From the NCBI GenBank assembly GCA_963711155.1, contig CAVQDB010000005.1, positions 2,346,382 to 2,410,381 of the forward strand: 64,000 nucleotides of DNA, given 5' to 3'. The notes under the pieces are model-generated. The model was not told where the DNA came from, did no database searches, and was given only the letters and a program-made list of their open reading frames with translations. Every line of letters begins with the position of its first letter. The first letter of the stretch is position 1. This document shows positions 30,919 to 42,213 of this stretch, piece by piece. Source of the stretch: an uncultured Armatimonadetes bacterium (lineage in GTDB: Bacteria; Armatimonadota; UBA5829). The position numbers and the translations under genes were made by a program.

Positions 30919-33897
30919 TTTGGTGTCCTCGATGGTTGGTTCACTGCTGAGTATTCTACGGCCGGATTCCACGCGATGTCACCTGACACGTTGTCGGGGT
31001 TGTGCTTCAGCACATGGAGAACTCGGTCGCCAGGTTTGACCTCGACCTTGACTCGATAGTTGACGACGCTGCCCGTGGCGGGCACGGTCTTCCAGCCCTG
31101 GCTCGGCCAGACCTGCTTGTCGTTGACGGTGATCCGCACGGCGCACTTCGTCGAAGCAACCACGCCGAGCGTGGGGTCCTTCTTGACGACGCCCCGCAGG
31201 GTGACCGTGCCCGGCCTCGAAACTGTGAATACACGGGCGATCTCACCTGAGGGGTGCGGGTGCATGACTGTGCGGCCGATGGCGCAGGATTCGACTTCGT
31301 CCATCCAGAGTCCCTCGTAACCGTGGGTCGGATTCCAGTAGAGCTTGCGATACTGCCGGCCCGGTTCGGCGAGCTCGTAGCTCCAGCCGCGATAGCCCTG
31401 CTCGATGCCGTAGCCGCCAAAGCCGTAGTGCGTTTCCGGCTCGCCTGGAATCGACTTGGCCTCTACTTTGGTAGAGACGTTGCCGTCTCCGTCGATGGCA
31501 CGGACGAAGTAGCGGCACTTGGCCAGATCGGAGGCGAGCGCGGAGCGGTCGAAGAAGAACGTGCCTACGGAGACCTTGCCGAGGTCGGTTTCGGCGCCGT
31601 CGGGCGCGACGCGGAAGACCTCGTAGCAGGAGAGCCAGTTGTTGTCACGGGCGGGCGACCAGTGGAGCTCGACGCCCTGGGTGAAGGTGTGTGTGGCCAC
31701 CCGCTGGGTTACGGCGGACGGCGCGGATGGAGGCGTCTTGTCGCGGCCGCTGCCGGGCCTGTCCGGCAGATTGAAGAAGATGATGTCGCCTGCTTTGGGT
31801 TGATCCAGCGTGACGCCGTTATGCATCAGATCGGCGCCGGTGCGTTTCTGGGTCAGGTCGGAGAGGTCGCAGCGGACATCATACTCCAGGTCGGGGACGA
31901 GTCCTTTCGGCATGATCGTGACCGCGCCCGCGGGCATGGAATCCGGCTTCTCGATGGGGCGGTTGGTAACGATGAAGCCCTTTGCGCCCTCGCGATCCAT
32001 GCGCTGGAAGTAGAGGATGGGGTCGTCGCCGGTGACCTCGGGCCTGAACACGTGCGCCCATCTGCCGACGACGTGCTGGCTCAGGAGGTACCTGTACAGA
32101 TCCCAATCCTTGCGAACCGCCTCCAGAGTCGGGATGCACTCGGGCCTGATGGCGGGAACGCCGGGGCGGTAGTGCGATTCGGTGTTCCTGCCGCTCTGAT
32201 AAGGCTCCTTGGAGCCGGGGTCGGCGATCCAGACGGGCGAGCATGCGCAAGTTGAAGCGGTCAACGCGGATGTCATACTGCTTTCGGCCGGAGATGTTGG
32301 TGAAGCAGTCGTAGAGCATGTCGGGCGGGAGGATCATGGAGGTGTAGTAGCCGGCGTAGTTGCCCACGCCGCCGTCGGAGAGCTGCTGGGTCTGCGCATA
32401 GCTCGCGAGATCGTAGCTGATCCCGTTTCCGCCGCCCATGCAGGCGTCGATGGAGCAGTCGGGGTGCTTCGCGACGAACTCGCGGACCAAGCGGCGGAAC
32501 TCCTGGTCGGCCGCGAGGCGGTCGGTGCCGAGGGCGGGGGCGAAGTCGAATCGCCACTGGAAGTTGCCCCAGCGCGAGACCATGGAGTCCAGCAGCTTGA
32601 GCTGCCAGTCGGTCACTTCGGGCTTGGATTGGTTCAGATATGACGGGCCGATTTTGAGGTCGGTCAGCAGCGGGCCGACTTCGCGTTCGGCTCTCGATCC
32701 GGGGTAAGCCACCGCCGACCACACCCATATCAGCATCTCCATGCCGTGTTTGCGGACGTACTCGTGCGTTTGGGACCAGTCGGGGCCGTTCCAGTTGCCG
32801 AACTCGTCGTACCAGGCGGCGTCGTTCCAGAGAATCCCCGCTCCGACGTATCGCGCCCACTCCATGAACTGCAGGTCCATCGCCAGCCTGCGCGCCCAGA
32901 GTTCCTCGGTCCCGCACCGAACCCACCACGGGCCGTCGAACTCCGTGGCATAGCGCGGCCGGGCGAAGAAGTTGTCCTTCTTGTGCTGCCAGAGGTAGCG
33001 GTACTGCCAGTCGAGGTTCAGGTTGCCCATGTCGTCCAGGTCGCCCGCGAAGACACCGTGAAACGCGACAGGCGTGGTGAGGCTGTCGCCTGGTTTGAGC
33101 GTGCGGGAGAACTTGTCCAGCCTCAGGCCGAGATGGAAGCCGTCACCGGCGCCGGCGCCGATCTGGGCTGACCAGGGGCCGCAGTAGTCCCAGCCCATGG
33201 TGAGGCCGTGGCGGCGCTCCTTGTCGAACAGGATCACTAGCGGCAGGTGGTCGGCGGAACCGGTGGTGGCGAAGGTGTGGGAGTACTTCGAGTCCACCGG
33301 TTCAACGACGAGGCGCTGCTGGCTGCCCGCCGCGCCACCCGTGAAGTAGCCGAGCGATAGCCCTGCCTTGATGTCCTGAGTCATGACTCCGGCGCTTATG
33401 ACGGCGGGATTGCTCAGCACGATTGGCTTCTTGCCGGTGTTGGTGTAGGTGGCCCACTCGCGGATGATCCCCGTGCCGGGGTAGACGATGAAGTGCCTGG
33501 CGACCCGAAGGGTTCCCTTGCGCACGGTGAACTCGGTCTGCAACTCGCCCTGATCGAGCTTGCGGGTCTTGCTGTCCGCGAGAGTCCACCCAGCGTCGGC
33601 GGATGTGACCGACCTACCGTCAACCGTCACGGCGAACGCGGCGGAACCCGCGCCTTGGTTGTATTCGCGCGGCGGGTTGGTCTGTTTGTTGATGAAAGAA
33701 GTCAGCAGCAGGCGGCCGTCTCGAAGCGCGATCGTCTTCTCGACCATCGAGGCGCCAAGCTTCCACTCGCGGTCTCCGCCGGGAGATGCCGTGTATATGA
33801 CGTAGCCGTCGCTGCTTCGCATCTCAGCCGGAGCAGCCGAGACGGCGATACTGGCGATTGTCAGCGCGGCGAAGGCGCAAACGTATGCTGGAGTCAC
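30915..33897 (-). CDS. GH36/clan-D alpha-galactosidase-like protein with C-terminal FN3-like and beta-sandwich domains; apparent frameshift near 32240
   Basis: Motifs WNDAAWYD (DDGW-like), QWRFDF (nucleophile-like), IDACMGGG and QLSDG; FN3-like PPSAP...VELHWSPARDN...YEVFR; signal peptide present. Confidence 0.7.
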
Positions 33898-33901
33898 GGC
33901 G

Positions 33902-36303
33902 CTACGATCCCTCCTTGATGACGATGCGGTCCTGTTTGCCGTCCCATTTCAGCGGCTTGCCGTTCAGGGTGATGGTCTTGAGGCCCTTGACGGGCGGGAC
34001 GTGCAGGACGATGCGCGCGGGTCGAGTGCGAAAGTCGCCTGAGAAGCTGATATTGAGTTCCGCGCCGCGATTGGCAAGCCCGGCTCGCAGCGTGACAGGG
34101 CCGAACTCCGTGGGCATGTTCTCGAAGATGGTCTCTTGATCGGACCGCAGCCATGCGAGCGGCATGAGGCGAAGCAGGCGGAGTTCGCCGGGCGCGACCT
34201 GGTCATCGATCACTGATAGCCGCGCGAAGTACAGCTCCGGGAGCCATGACGTGCACGCGGACACTCCACCCCTCGTCTCGCAGATCGTGCAAGTCTGCCG
34301 GGAGACCGCGCCCGCGAACAGGGAGTACATCCCCTCCAGAAAGCTATTGCGGTCCGCCGTCTGCCAGGAATGATAGATGTTCCAACTGTAGCACGGCTCG
34401 CAGCTCGACATCTCGTGCACAAGACAGGGCACCTGCCAACAGTTGGAATCCTTGCGATAGAACTTCGTCTGCGGGCCCTCGCGGAACCAGAGCAGCACGG
34501 AGCGCATCGCGTCGTCGCTGGCGTCGAGCAGCCCCGAGAAGACGAGCATGAGCGGGCCGGTGTCGAGGTAGAACGCTCCTCTCGTCTCCCATGCGGGCTC
34601 GTCGGAGAGAGACTTGGGGACGAAGTGGTGCGTCTTGCCGTGCGAATCGGTCCAGATGGGCATCGTCTCGATCTTGCGCGCGAAGGCCGCGCGGAATGTC
34701 TTCCTGTAGTCCTCGGCTTCTCTCGCGAACTCGGCGGCGCGGGGGTGGTGGATCATATTGAGGAGTCTCACTGCCGTTATCAGACCCTTGTAGGCCCAGC
34801 CGTCGCTCCAGATGGACTGGATCGGGGTCGGGAAGTCGCTGGCCTGCGCGGGCGGCATCAGGCCATCGACCCCGCCGTGGCCCTTGATACGCCTGGCGTA
34901 CTGGATGAACTCACACGCCTTGACGATGGTCGGCGTCCAGTCCTCGACGAACTGCTTGTCGCCCGAGAGCAGGGCGTGCTCGCAGATGGTATAGAGCACG
35001 GCCCCGTGGTCGCTCATCCATACGACTGCCTGCCTGCTCCTGGTGCCGAGGAAGCCGGGATGGAGATCGAAGCTGTCGCCGGGGGGCTTGACCGTGCCCT
35101 GCTCGTCCTTGAAGATTTGCAGATGCCGGGCTACCGTGTCGTGATGGCCGAGGGTGTCCAGGGTCATTATCGAAGTGAACGCGTTAGGCGTCGCCCAAAG
35201 GTTGGCGTAGACCCAGGCTCCCGTGAGGAAGCTGCACGTGCCGGTCCTGGGGTCCTTGTCCGCGATCAACTCGGCGTACTTGACGCTGCTTGCGAAGACT
35301 CTGTTGACCTGCTCTTCCGGGGTGTGCACACGGGCGGCGGTGGCGGGCCGCGACGACCAGTAGCGGTTGGCCTCGACCAGGGCGCGGTCGTAGCCGAGGG
35401 CGAGTTCCTTGTCGAGGATTGATCGGTCGGTGGGAAGCATCGGCACGAGGAGATCGACGTGCTCGCCCTTGACTGCGTCCATCTGAACGTAGAGCAGCGA
35501 GTCCTTGTCGGTCGGATCGCCGATCCGGAACTCGGCGGTGCAGTCCTGCCCGGGCGCCACGGCCAGCCGGACCTTGCCGTCCTCCTCGATGACGTAGAAG
35601 CCCGACGCGGGGCCGTACTTCGCAGGCTCGGCGTGCAGCGCGCGGGGGTACTTCGACGTCTCGGGATGGTAGTTGATGTTGTTTCTGATCTCCATCGAAT
35701 GGCTGATGTATGGGGCGTTGATGCGGATGACGAAGCCGTTTCGGGGGTCGATTGGAAGGCCCTGGCAGACGTCGTGGATGGACAGGCGCACCCACGCGAA
35801 CAACGGCTCATCGCCGGTCTTGACCGGGCCGCCGCCGGGGATGTGGGCGAAGATGTTCTGCCTGAGCAGAAGACCGTCGCGCGACCATTCGCTCCACACG
35901 ACCGGGGCGGCGCATTGCTCCAGTCCCTGGATGATGCTGCCGTCGTCGCGCTCGGGGTAGAGCGTGCCGCTGACCTCGCGGAACGCGCCCGTCCTCGATG
36001 GCAGAAATCCAAGCTGCACGCCGAGGCCGTCTGGTACTGGGCGGTGCGGCTGTTGGTGTAGGGCTCTGCGTAGATCGCGCCGTTGAAGAGAATCAGGAAC
36101 CGGCAGAGGTGGTCTTTCCAGCCGATGGGCGTGACCTTGTCCGGCAGCTCGGTCCACCACTGCGCGGCCGTCGCGAAGTCAGGCTCGATAGCAGGCTGCG
36201 CCTCTGGCACGTAGCTTCCACCTCCCGCGGCAGCAGTCGGGCAAGCCGATAACAGAACCAGACAAAGAGAACACAACCCCGCGGCGCGCATCATGCTGTC
36301 CAT
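33902..36303 (-). CDS. Secreted six-hairpin-glycosidase-like protein; apparent frameshift near 36030
   Basis: ORF 35266..36390 (N-terminal part, signal MMRAAGLCSLCLVLL) joins 33902..36160. Motifs: WMSDHGAVLY, GLMPPAQASD, LRLMPLAWL, MPTEFG. It resembles 55999..58912. Confidence 0.65.
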
Positions 36304-36346
36304 CCCTAAGCCCCGATGACGCGTGTCTGTCGAGGCGCATAACCGA

Positions 36347-36375
36347 GTTGTACCACTTAGCAGCGCGAATGTCAA
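36347..36375 (-). promoter_or_regulatory. sigma70-type promoter for the leftward 14.5-kb operon
   Basis: TTGACA-N17-TACAAC with TG just upstream of the -10 box. Confidence 0.6.
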
Positions 36376-36395
36376 GTCACTAACAAGCACGAACG

Positions 36396-36407
36396 CGCAT
36401 TATTGCG
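36396..36407. promoter_or_regulatory. Candidate operator CGCA-N4-TGCG between back-to-back promoters
   Basis: GCGCA TTAT TGCGC. Confidence 0.55.
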
Positions 36408-36418
36408 CCATAATAGCC

Positions 36419-36447
36419 TTGACTAAGCCCACAAGCCGAGGTAGACT
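36419..36447 (+). promoter_or_regulatory. sigma70-type promoter
   Basis: TTGACT-N17-TAGACT, followed by an AGGAG RBS before the ATG at 36483. Confidence 0.75.
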
Positions 36448-36482
36448 ATTATTGGTCGTTACTTCATCAGGAGAACCATCGC

Positions 36483-38846
36483 ATGTGTCGTTTGATCGCG
36501 CCGCTCGCCTCTATTGTCCTGCTTCTTGCGCTGTCGGTCGCTCAGGTGATCGCGGAGCCCGCTGCCGAGCCGGCCGCCCCCGCCAACACGCTCATCAAGT
36601 ATGTGCTTGCTGTACCGTGCCTGGACCCCGATGGCGTGGAAGTCAAGCTCTGGCTGAATCAGGATCCACCTGAGGGCGCGATAGTGCATATCGAGGCCGA
36701 CGATCACAGCATTGATGTACCCTACGGACGGCGGCTCTTTCTGCCCCTGCCGGGCGCGCCGCGGTGGACCCCTGACACGCCCAATCTTCTGAAGCTCACG
36801 GTGCGGATCGGTTCGGAGGAGCGGTCCGTGAGGTTCGGACTGCGCCGGGTGGAAGCAAGGGGCGAGAAGCTATTTCTCAATGGACAGCCGCTGTACATTC
36901 GGGGGTTCGGATGCGATGGGAACGACAACGGCCAGCTTCGCAGGCAGGTGACGACCGTTGCCGGCTATCGCAACTACGTCAAGCGCGCGAAGGAGTTCGG
37001 GTTCAACACGATGCGGTCGCACATGCCCGACAACGACCGCCCGCAGGCGTTTCTGGACGCATGCGACGAACTGGGGCTGTTCATTTGGGCGGAGTTCGAG
37101 TTCGCGGATTCCGACCCCGCGAAGCTCGCGCCGTTCTGGAACCACCCGTCGGTGATCTGGTGGTGCTGGGGAAACGAGATGCACGGGTCCGGATCGGTGC
37201 CGTGGGTGCAGCAGGCATATAAGACGGTCCACGAGTTAGATCCCAGCAGGCTGATAATGGACAATTCCGGCTGGGGTGAGTTCGACCGCGACACGACTGA
37301 CGTCATCAGTCAGCACTTGGGGTACTACTTCCCTTATGGCCCGCGCGCGCAGTGCTATTCCTCATACGCGCTGTTCACGGCGGAGGGATCGGTGAAGGGT
37401 AAGCCCATGGCCGAGATGATGCAGGAGATGCGGGACGGCAAGTTCCACCTGGGCAAGCCGATGCTGGCACACGAGACCGGCAACTACTCGACGTTCCCGG
37501 ATGTTAGGCGGCGGGCGTCGAGGATGAACATCAGCCTGCGGCCGCAGATCGTGAAGAAGATGGAAACAGGCGATAGGATGGCCCACCTTGCGCGCTGGGT
37601 CGAGGGCTCCGACAAGTTCAAGCAGGAGATGGACAAGCTCGCCATCGAGCAGATCCGCAAAAGTCCGATTGTGGAGGGCTTCGAGATGTGGATGCTGGCC
37701 GACCACGGTTACGTGTTCTCGGGCGTGATCGAGGATGGCGAGGACTGCAAGGTCAAGCCGTTCCTGAACCCGGCCTACTACAGGCTGGCCAACGCACCCG
37801 ATGTGCTGCTTGCGGACTTCCCGGACAACAACGTCAAGCGGGTGTTCGCGCCCGGAGAGAGGTTCGATCTACACCTGCTGGCGTCCGTGTATGGGCCGGA
37901 GGCGCTGGCGCCCGGCAAGGCTTTGTGGACGGTAGCCGAGGGGGATCGCGTCGTTACGTCGGGGTCGGGCAACGTGGGAGGGGCGGACCGGGGCCGCGTC
38001 ACCGTGCTGGGCGACGTGCCGATAGTGATGCCCGAGGCGCAGCATCCGCTTCAACTCGAACTCAAAGTCAGATTTCCGCAGGAGAAGCAGGAGCTTGTCA
38101 ACCGGTGGCACGTGTGGGTGTTCCCGCCAGTCGATGTGCCGAAGCCTGAAAACGTCCTCGTGACAAAGGAGATGTCAGACTCCGCGATCGATGCCCTGGC
38201 GTCCGGCGCAAGGGTCCTGCTCGAACTGGAGGACACCAAGGCGCTCGGGCGGGGCGACCAGGCGTTTCCGTCGGTTCTGGCCAGATTCCGCCCCGCGATA
38301 TGGGAATACGGGCACAACCTGGGCGCCTACATACCCAGGCACCCCGCGTTCGCGGGCTTTCCGAACAACAGATTCAGCGACCTGCAGTTCTACCACGCGA
38401 TCGACCACGGGCGGAAGATCATCCTCGACGACTGCCCGTTCGCGCCGGAGGCCATAGTTGACGCGATCGATCTGCCATGCGCAAACGGCGGCCCCTACTC
38501 GCGAAAGGCGACCTATCTGTTCGAGCTGAAGGTGGGCAAGGGGAGTCTGCTTGTCAGCGGGTTCAACTTCACGGACGAGAACCTCAAGAACCCGGAGGTC
38601 CGAACGCTGCTGAAGGGCTTGCTGGACTACGCGGCCGGCCCCGAGTTCAAGCCGGCGACGAGCGTCGATCCGAAAACGCTGCGCGCGTATGCGCGCCAAG
38701 CGAAGCCGGATCCGGCCCTGGCGGGGGAAGGTCTCTGGGGGCCGATATTCTACGGCGATACCGAAACGACCGGTTGGAACAAGTTCCTCGATGCGGGCGA
38801 GGAGCCGCCGGTTGCGAAGGTCACACCCCAGCAGGTACTTCACTGA
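36483..38846 (+). CDS. GH2 glycoside hydrolase (TIM barrel), secreted
   Basis: Intact 787-aa ORF; RFGLRRVE, LNGQPLYIRG, GFNTMRSH, NHPSVIWWCWGNE (acid/base), LAHETG (nucleophile). Confidence 0.85.
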   Translation: MCRLIAPLASIVLLLALSVAQVIAEPAAEPAAPANTLIKYVLAVPCLDPDGVEVKLWLNQDPPEGAIVHIEADDHSIDVPYGRRLFLPLPGAPRWTPDTPNLLKLTVRIGSEERSVRFGLRRVEARGEKLFLNGQPLYIRGFGCDGNDNGQLRRQVTTVAGYRNYVKRAKEFGFNTMRSHMPDNDRPQAFLDACDELGLFIWAEFEFADSDPAKLAPFWNHPSVIWWCWGNEMHGSGSVPWVQQAYKTVHELDPSRLIMDNSGWGEFDRDTTDVISQHLGYYFPYGPRAQCYSSYALFTAEGSVKGKPMAEMMQEMRDGKFHLGKPMLAHETGNYSTFPDVRRRASRMNISLRPQIVKKMETGDRMAHLARWVEGSDKFKQEMDKLAIEQIRKSPIVEGFEMWMLADHGYVFSGVIEDGEDCKVKPFLNPAYYRLANAPDVLLADFPDNNVKRVFAPGERFDLHLLASVYGPEALAPGKALWTVAEGDRVVTSGSGNVGGADRGRVTVLGDVPIVMPEAQHPLQLELKVRFPQEKQELVNRWHVWVFPPVDVPKPENVLVTKEMSDSAIDALASGARVLLELEDTKALGRGDQAFPSVLARFRPAIWEYGHNLGAYIPRHPAFAGFPNNRFSDLQFYHAIDHGRKIILDDCPFAPEAIVDAIDLPCANGGPYSRKATYLFELKVGKGSLLVSGFNFTDENLKNPEVRTLLKGLLDYAAGPEFKPATSVDPKTLRAYARQAKPDPALAGEGLWGPIFYGDTETTGWNKFLDAGEEPPVAKVTPQQVLH

Positions 38847-38861
38847 GGTGTCCGACACCGA

Positions 38862-41032
38862 TCAGCGCTCGAAAACTACTACCGAGTGCAGAGTCAGCGT
38901 CGGGTACCACAACCTCCCAACCGGCGGCAACCTTCGTCAGTTTCAGCTCGGTCCCTTGCGGAATGAGCCTTGCCCTCTTCGGCTTGCCGCCGGTGATGAG
39001 GACCCTGACATCGTGAATCGGGACGATCTCCTCGCGGAGCGCGAACTGCTTGTCCGCGGTGGAGCTGTGTCCCGTTGTGGTATCGAGGCCGTTGAGCAGA
39101 TGGACGATGGTCTGCTCGCCGCCGCCCGCTTTCTTGGTGAAGAAGCCAGCGAGAACGCACATCGGGGCGGTAACCCGCACGTCGGGCTCGCTGCGCGCGG
39201 CCCACTTGACTGCGTTCGCCAGCACGATCCGCTGGTAGGGGTAGCTGGCGTCGTAGTAAGCCTCATCGATCGCTGCAGGGAAGTACGCGACCCGGCCACT
39301 TTTGTACTCTGAGGCGAGCAGCGGGGCCCAGTTCTTCTTGGACTCGTCCGAGGCGTTGGCTGCGTCGAGCACTGTCAGCGGCGCGATGTCGCCCGCGGCG
39401 GCCTTGACCCTGGCGAACTTGCCCCAGTAGGTGTTGTAGCCGCCGGTCCCCATCAGGTCGTGCAGATATGCGTCGTCGGTGATCGGGTGCGACGTTGATG
39501 AGAAACCGACGCGGCTCGCGGTGTGAGGCTCGCTGGAGACGTAGTTGGCGCCGAAGACGTCGGCGAGGGCGAAGTCGGGTCTGATCTGACCCAACTGGTC
39601 ACGCAGCGAGGTCTCATAGGTCGCGACCAGCCCGCCGCCCTTGGCGACGTAGTCCCGCAGCGCGCCCGCGATCCTATCGGACATGCAGAAGTCGTTGGGC
39701 AGGACTACTACCTTGTACTGCGCCAGCGTTTGGGGCGTGACGTTGTGCTCGGAGATCACGTCGAATGGGATATGGGACTCAAGCAGCGCGCGCGCCACGC
39801 CGCCCCTGTGATCCGCCACCTTCTCGTTAATCGCCTGCTCCATGGGGCCGTGGAAGTCGCCCTCGGCCGATATGCCCGACATCTGGAGAGTGGTATACGA
39901 GTCGAGGCAGGCGGCGTACTTCAGCGTCTTGGTACCATCGACGTAGGGCAGGTAGTCCACATCGTCCTGGATCACCTTATCCCAGTCCTTGGGCGTGAAA
40001 CCGGTGCGGGCGCCGGACCAGATGATCGGCACCGCGCCCATCGTCATGGCCTCGTGCATCTGATAGAGGACCTCGGCCATCGGCATGCTCGATCCGTGGT
40101 AGACCCCGGCGTCGATGTCCTTCATCCACCTGGCAAACATATACGGCTGCATCGCGGGCGCGCGGTCGCCGGCCGAGCCGCGGAGCCGCTTGTTGAGCCA
40201 CACGGAGAAGACATCGTAGGAGTCCCACCACTCCTTCCATGTCATATCGAAGGCGCAGTTGAGTGACTCCGGCATCCAACTGGGATAGGCGCCGTTGGCG
40301 TCGTTGTTGCTCCAGTTGATGATACCTGCTTCGGGGTTGACTGCCTTGATGGCCTTGCTGAGCTGGACGGCGCGCTCCATGAAGTTTGCAGTCACGCCAG
40401 ACGATGTAGCGGCGGTAGTTGATGTCGTTCTCGTCTATCTTCGGAGGAACGTCGTAGCCGGTTTCCTGCTTGTAGGCGGTTCTGCAATACTCGCAGCAGC
40501 AGTAGCGGCACTGATACCAGCCGTCGAATGTGTAGGCGTCGATACCGTACTTCTTGACGTTGTCGGCCAGCAGTTTGATGAGGTAGTCGCCATAGGGAGA
40601 GAGCAGACACGCGGTATCCTTGGAAACCGGCACCCCCGGCTCTTTCTGCAGGAGCCATTCCGGGTGCGATTTGATGGCTTCTTCTTTCCAGGACTCGGCG
40701 ATGAACGGCCGCATCCCCAGAACAACCTTCACTCCGGCGGAATGCATCTGCGGGATCTTGTCGAGCGGGCCGTAGGTGAGGATGGTCAGTCCGGCCTGCT
40801 GCAGCTTCTTCGCCCACGGCTTGAGCTCGGTCTTATCGTCGTTGGCGAAGGGCACATCGCAGAAGGAGTCTATGATCACCACGCTGTCGAGCCAGCCGGG
40901 GCGGTCTACCGGCTGGGCGACGGTGTCATACGACCAGGCAGGCGCGCTGTCCTGCGCGTTCGCGGGGACCGCGGACGCAGAGACGGCTGCAAGCGAGGCA
41001 ACCGCAAGCAGGTGCCAGTTCCAGTAACCCAT
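38862..41032 (-). CDS. GHL6-like TIM barrel + trimerisation-domain glycoside hydrolase, paralog 6; apparent frameshifts near 40383 and 38903
   Basis: ORFs 39977..41038 and 38821..40395 join. Motifs: SHPEW, CLLSPYGDY, YTFDGW, CRYCCCEYC, VVVLPNDFCMS, GGGLVATYETS. Removing one base at about 38903 restores the family ending LHSVVVFER* (stop at 38862). Confidence 0.8.
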
Positions 41033-41044
41033 ACTCAACTCCCT

Positions 41045-41986
41045 CTATGAGGCGTAACGGGCGTAACCGCCGCCCCAGTCTTGTGGGTTGTTGCTTTCCA
41101 GGAATTCGAGAGCCTGACGCAGCGAAGGAAGCCCCGTTCTGCCGCCGGGTCTGGTGCACTTGATCGCCGCAACGGCCGCGGCGAAGTCGCAGCACCGGCG
41201 CGTGTCCCAGTTGCGAGCAAGCCCGTAGGCGAACGCGCCATGGAACGTATCGCCGGCGCCGGTCGTGTCTACGACGTCCACCTTGTAGGCCGTTCCGCGA
41301 CCGGTGGAGGCCCCATCCGAGTAGACCCAGCCGTCGCTGCCGAGCGTGACTACGGCCACACTCGGCCCAAGCCCGTGGATCACCGCCAGGGCATTCTCGG
41401 GCTCGTTTTCAAGGCCGAGTTCTCTGGCGTAGTGCCGCGGCGCGATCAGAACGTCCACGTATTTCAGCAACTCCGCATTGGTCTGGTTGGGCGTCAGGTC
41501 GGCTACCACCGGCACGCCGCACTTGCGGCTCTTGCGTGCTGCGGCGAGGGCCAGCTCGGGATATATGTCGTCTACCAGCGTGGCGCCGCAAGACTCGAGG
41601 GGGGACAAGTCAATTGGCGGCAGGCTGCGTCCCAGGCTGGCCCCGCTTCTGTGGAAGATCGTGCGTTCGCCCGATCTCTCATCTACGTGGATGAAGCTGA
41701 ACGGGCTCTCACCACCCGCGATGCGAATCAGCCCGTCCGTCGGGATACCTTCGGCTTCGAGCTCGGCTGCTATGAGATCGCCCACCTGGTCGTCCCCAAG
41801 CAGGCTGAAGAGTCGGCAGTCGGCGCCCAGCCGCGCGCACGCGACCATCGCGGTGGCAACCAGTCCGCCTCCCTGGATGCTGAAACCACTCACCAGCGCC
41901 ATGTCGCCCCACGGAACCTGGGGCGAGACCACTATGTAGTCAAGACACGAAATACCTGCGCCGGCTATGCAGGGACGTTCGCTCAC
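41045..41986 (-). CDS. PfkB-family carbohydrate kinase
   Basis: GGGLVATAMVACARLG and VDTTGAGDTFHGAF PfkB signatures; GAGGAG RBS before the GTG. Confidence 0.92.
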   Translation of the reverse strand: MSERPCIAGAGISCLDYIVVSPQVPWGDMALVSGFSIQGGGLVATAMVACARLGADCRLFSLLGDDQVGDLIAAELEAEGIPTDGLIRIAGGESPFSFIHVDERSGERTIFHRSGASLGRSLPPIDLSPLESCGATLVDDIYPELALAAARKSRKCGVPVVADLTPNQTNAELLKYVDVLIAPRHYARELGLENEPENALAVIHGLGPSVAVVTLGSDGWVYSDGASTGRGTAYKVDVVDTTGAGDTFHGAFAYGLARNWDTRRCCDFAAAVAAIKCTRPGGRTGLPSLRQALEFLESNNPQDWGGGYARYAS

Positions 41987-42019
41987 AATATGCTCCTCGT
42001 GCGCTCTGGGCGTTACCTT

Positions 42020-42049
42020 ATTCTAGTGCTAAATCAATCCGTTAGTCAA
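42020..42049 (-). promoter_or_regulatory. sigma70-type promoter for the kinase
   Basis: TTGACT-N18-TAGAAT. Confidence 0.7.
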
Positions 42050-42079
42050 GAGTTTCATGCTTGTTTGTGGTTATACTAG

Positions 42080-42091
42080 CGCATTTGTGCC
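42080..42091. promoter_or_regulatory. Candidate operator (one mismatch to CGCA-N4-TGCG)
   Basis: CGCA TTTG TGCC between divergent -35 boxes; its reverse complement shares CACAAATGCGC with 54164-54174. Confidence 0.45.
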
Positions 42092-42110
42092 TATTAGAGA
42101 GTCTTTTGGC

Positions 42111-42139
42111 TTGACTGATACCTGTCGGGGTGGTATAGT
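42111..42139 (+). promoter_or_regulatory. sigma70-type promoter
   Basis: TTGACT-N17-TATAGT. Confidence 0.75.
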
Positions 42140-42213
42140 CTCAGTGTTCTACAATGACAACAGCGGCACCGCGGGACACACGCGCCGCGCGCGGAAAGGA
42201 TAGCACAATCATA

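Noticed and set aside
41874-41884. Additional REP copy (TGGATGCTGAA)
   Set aside because: Only the first 11 bp match, the palindromic second arm is absent, and it lies in ordinary coding sequence
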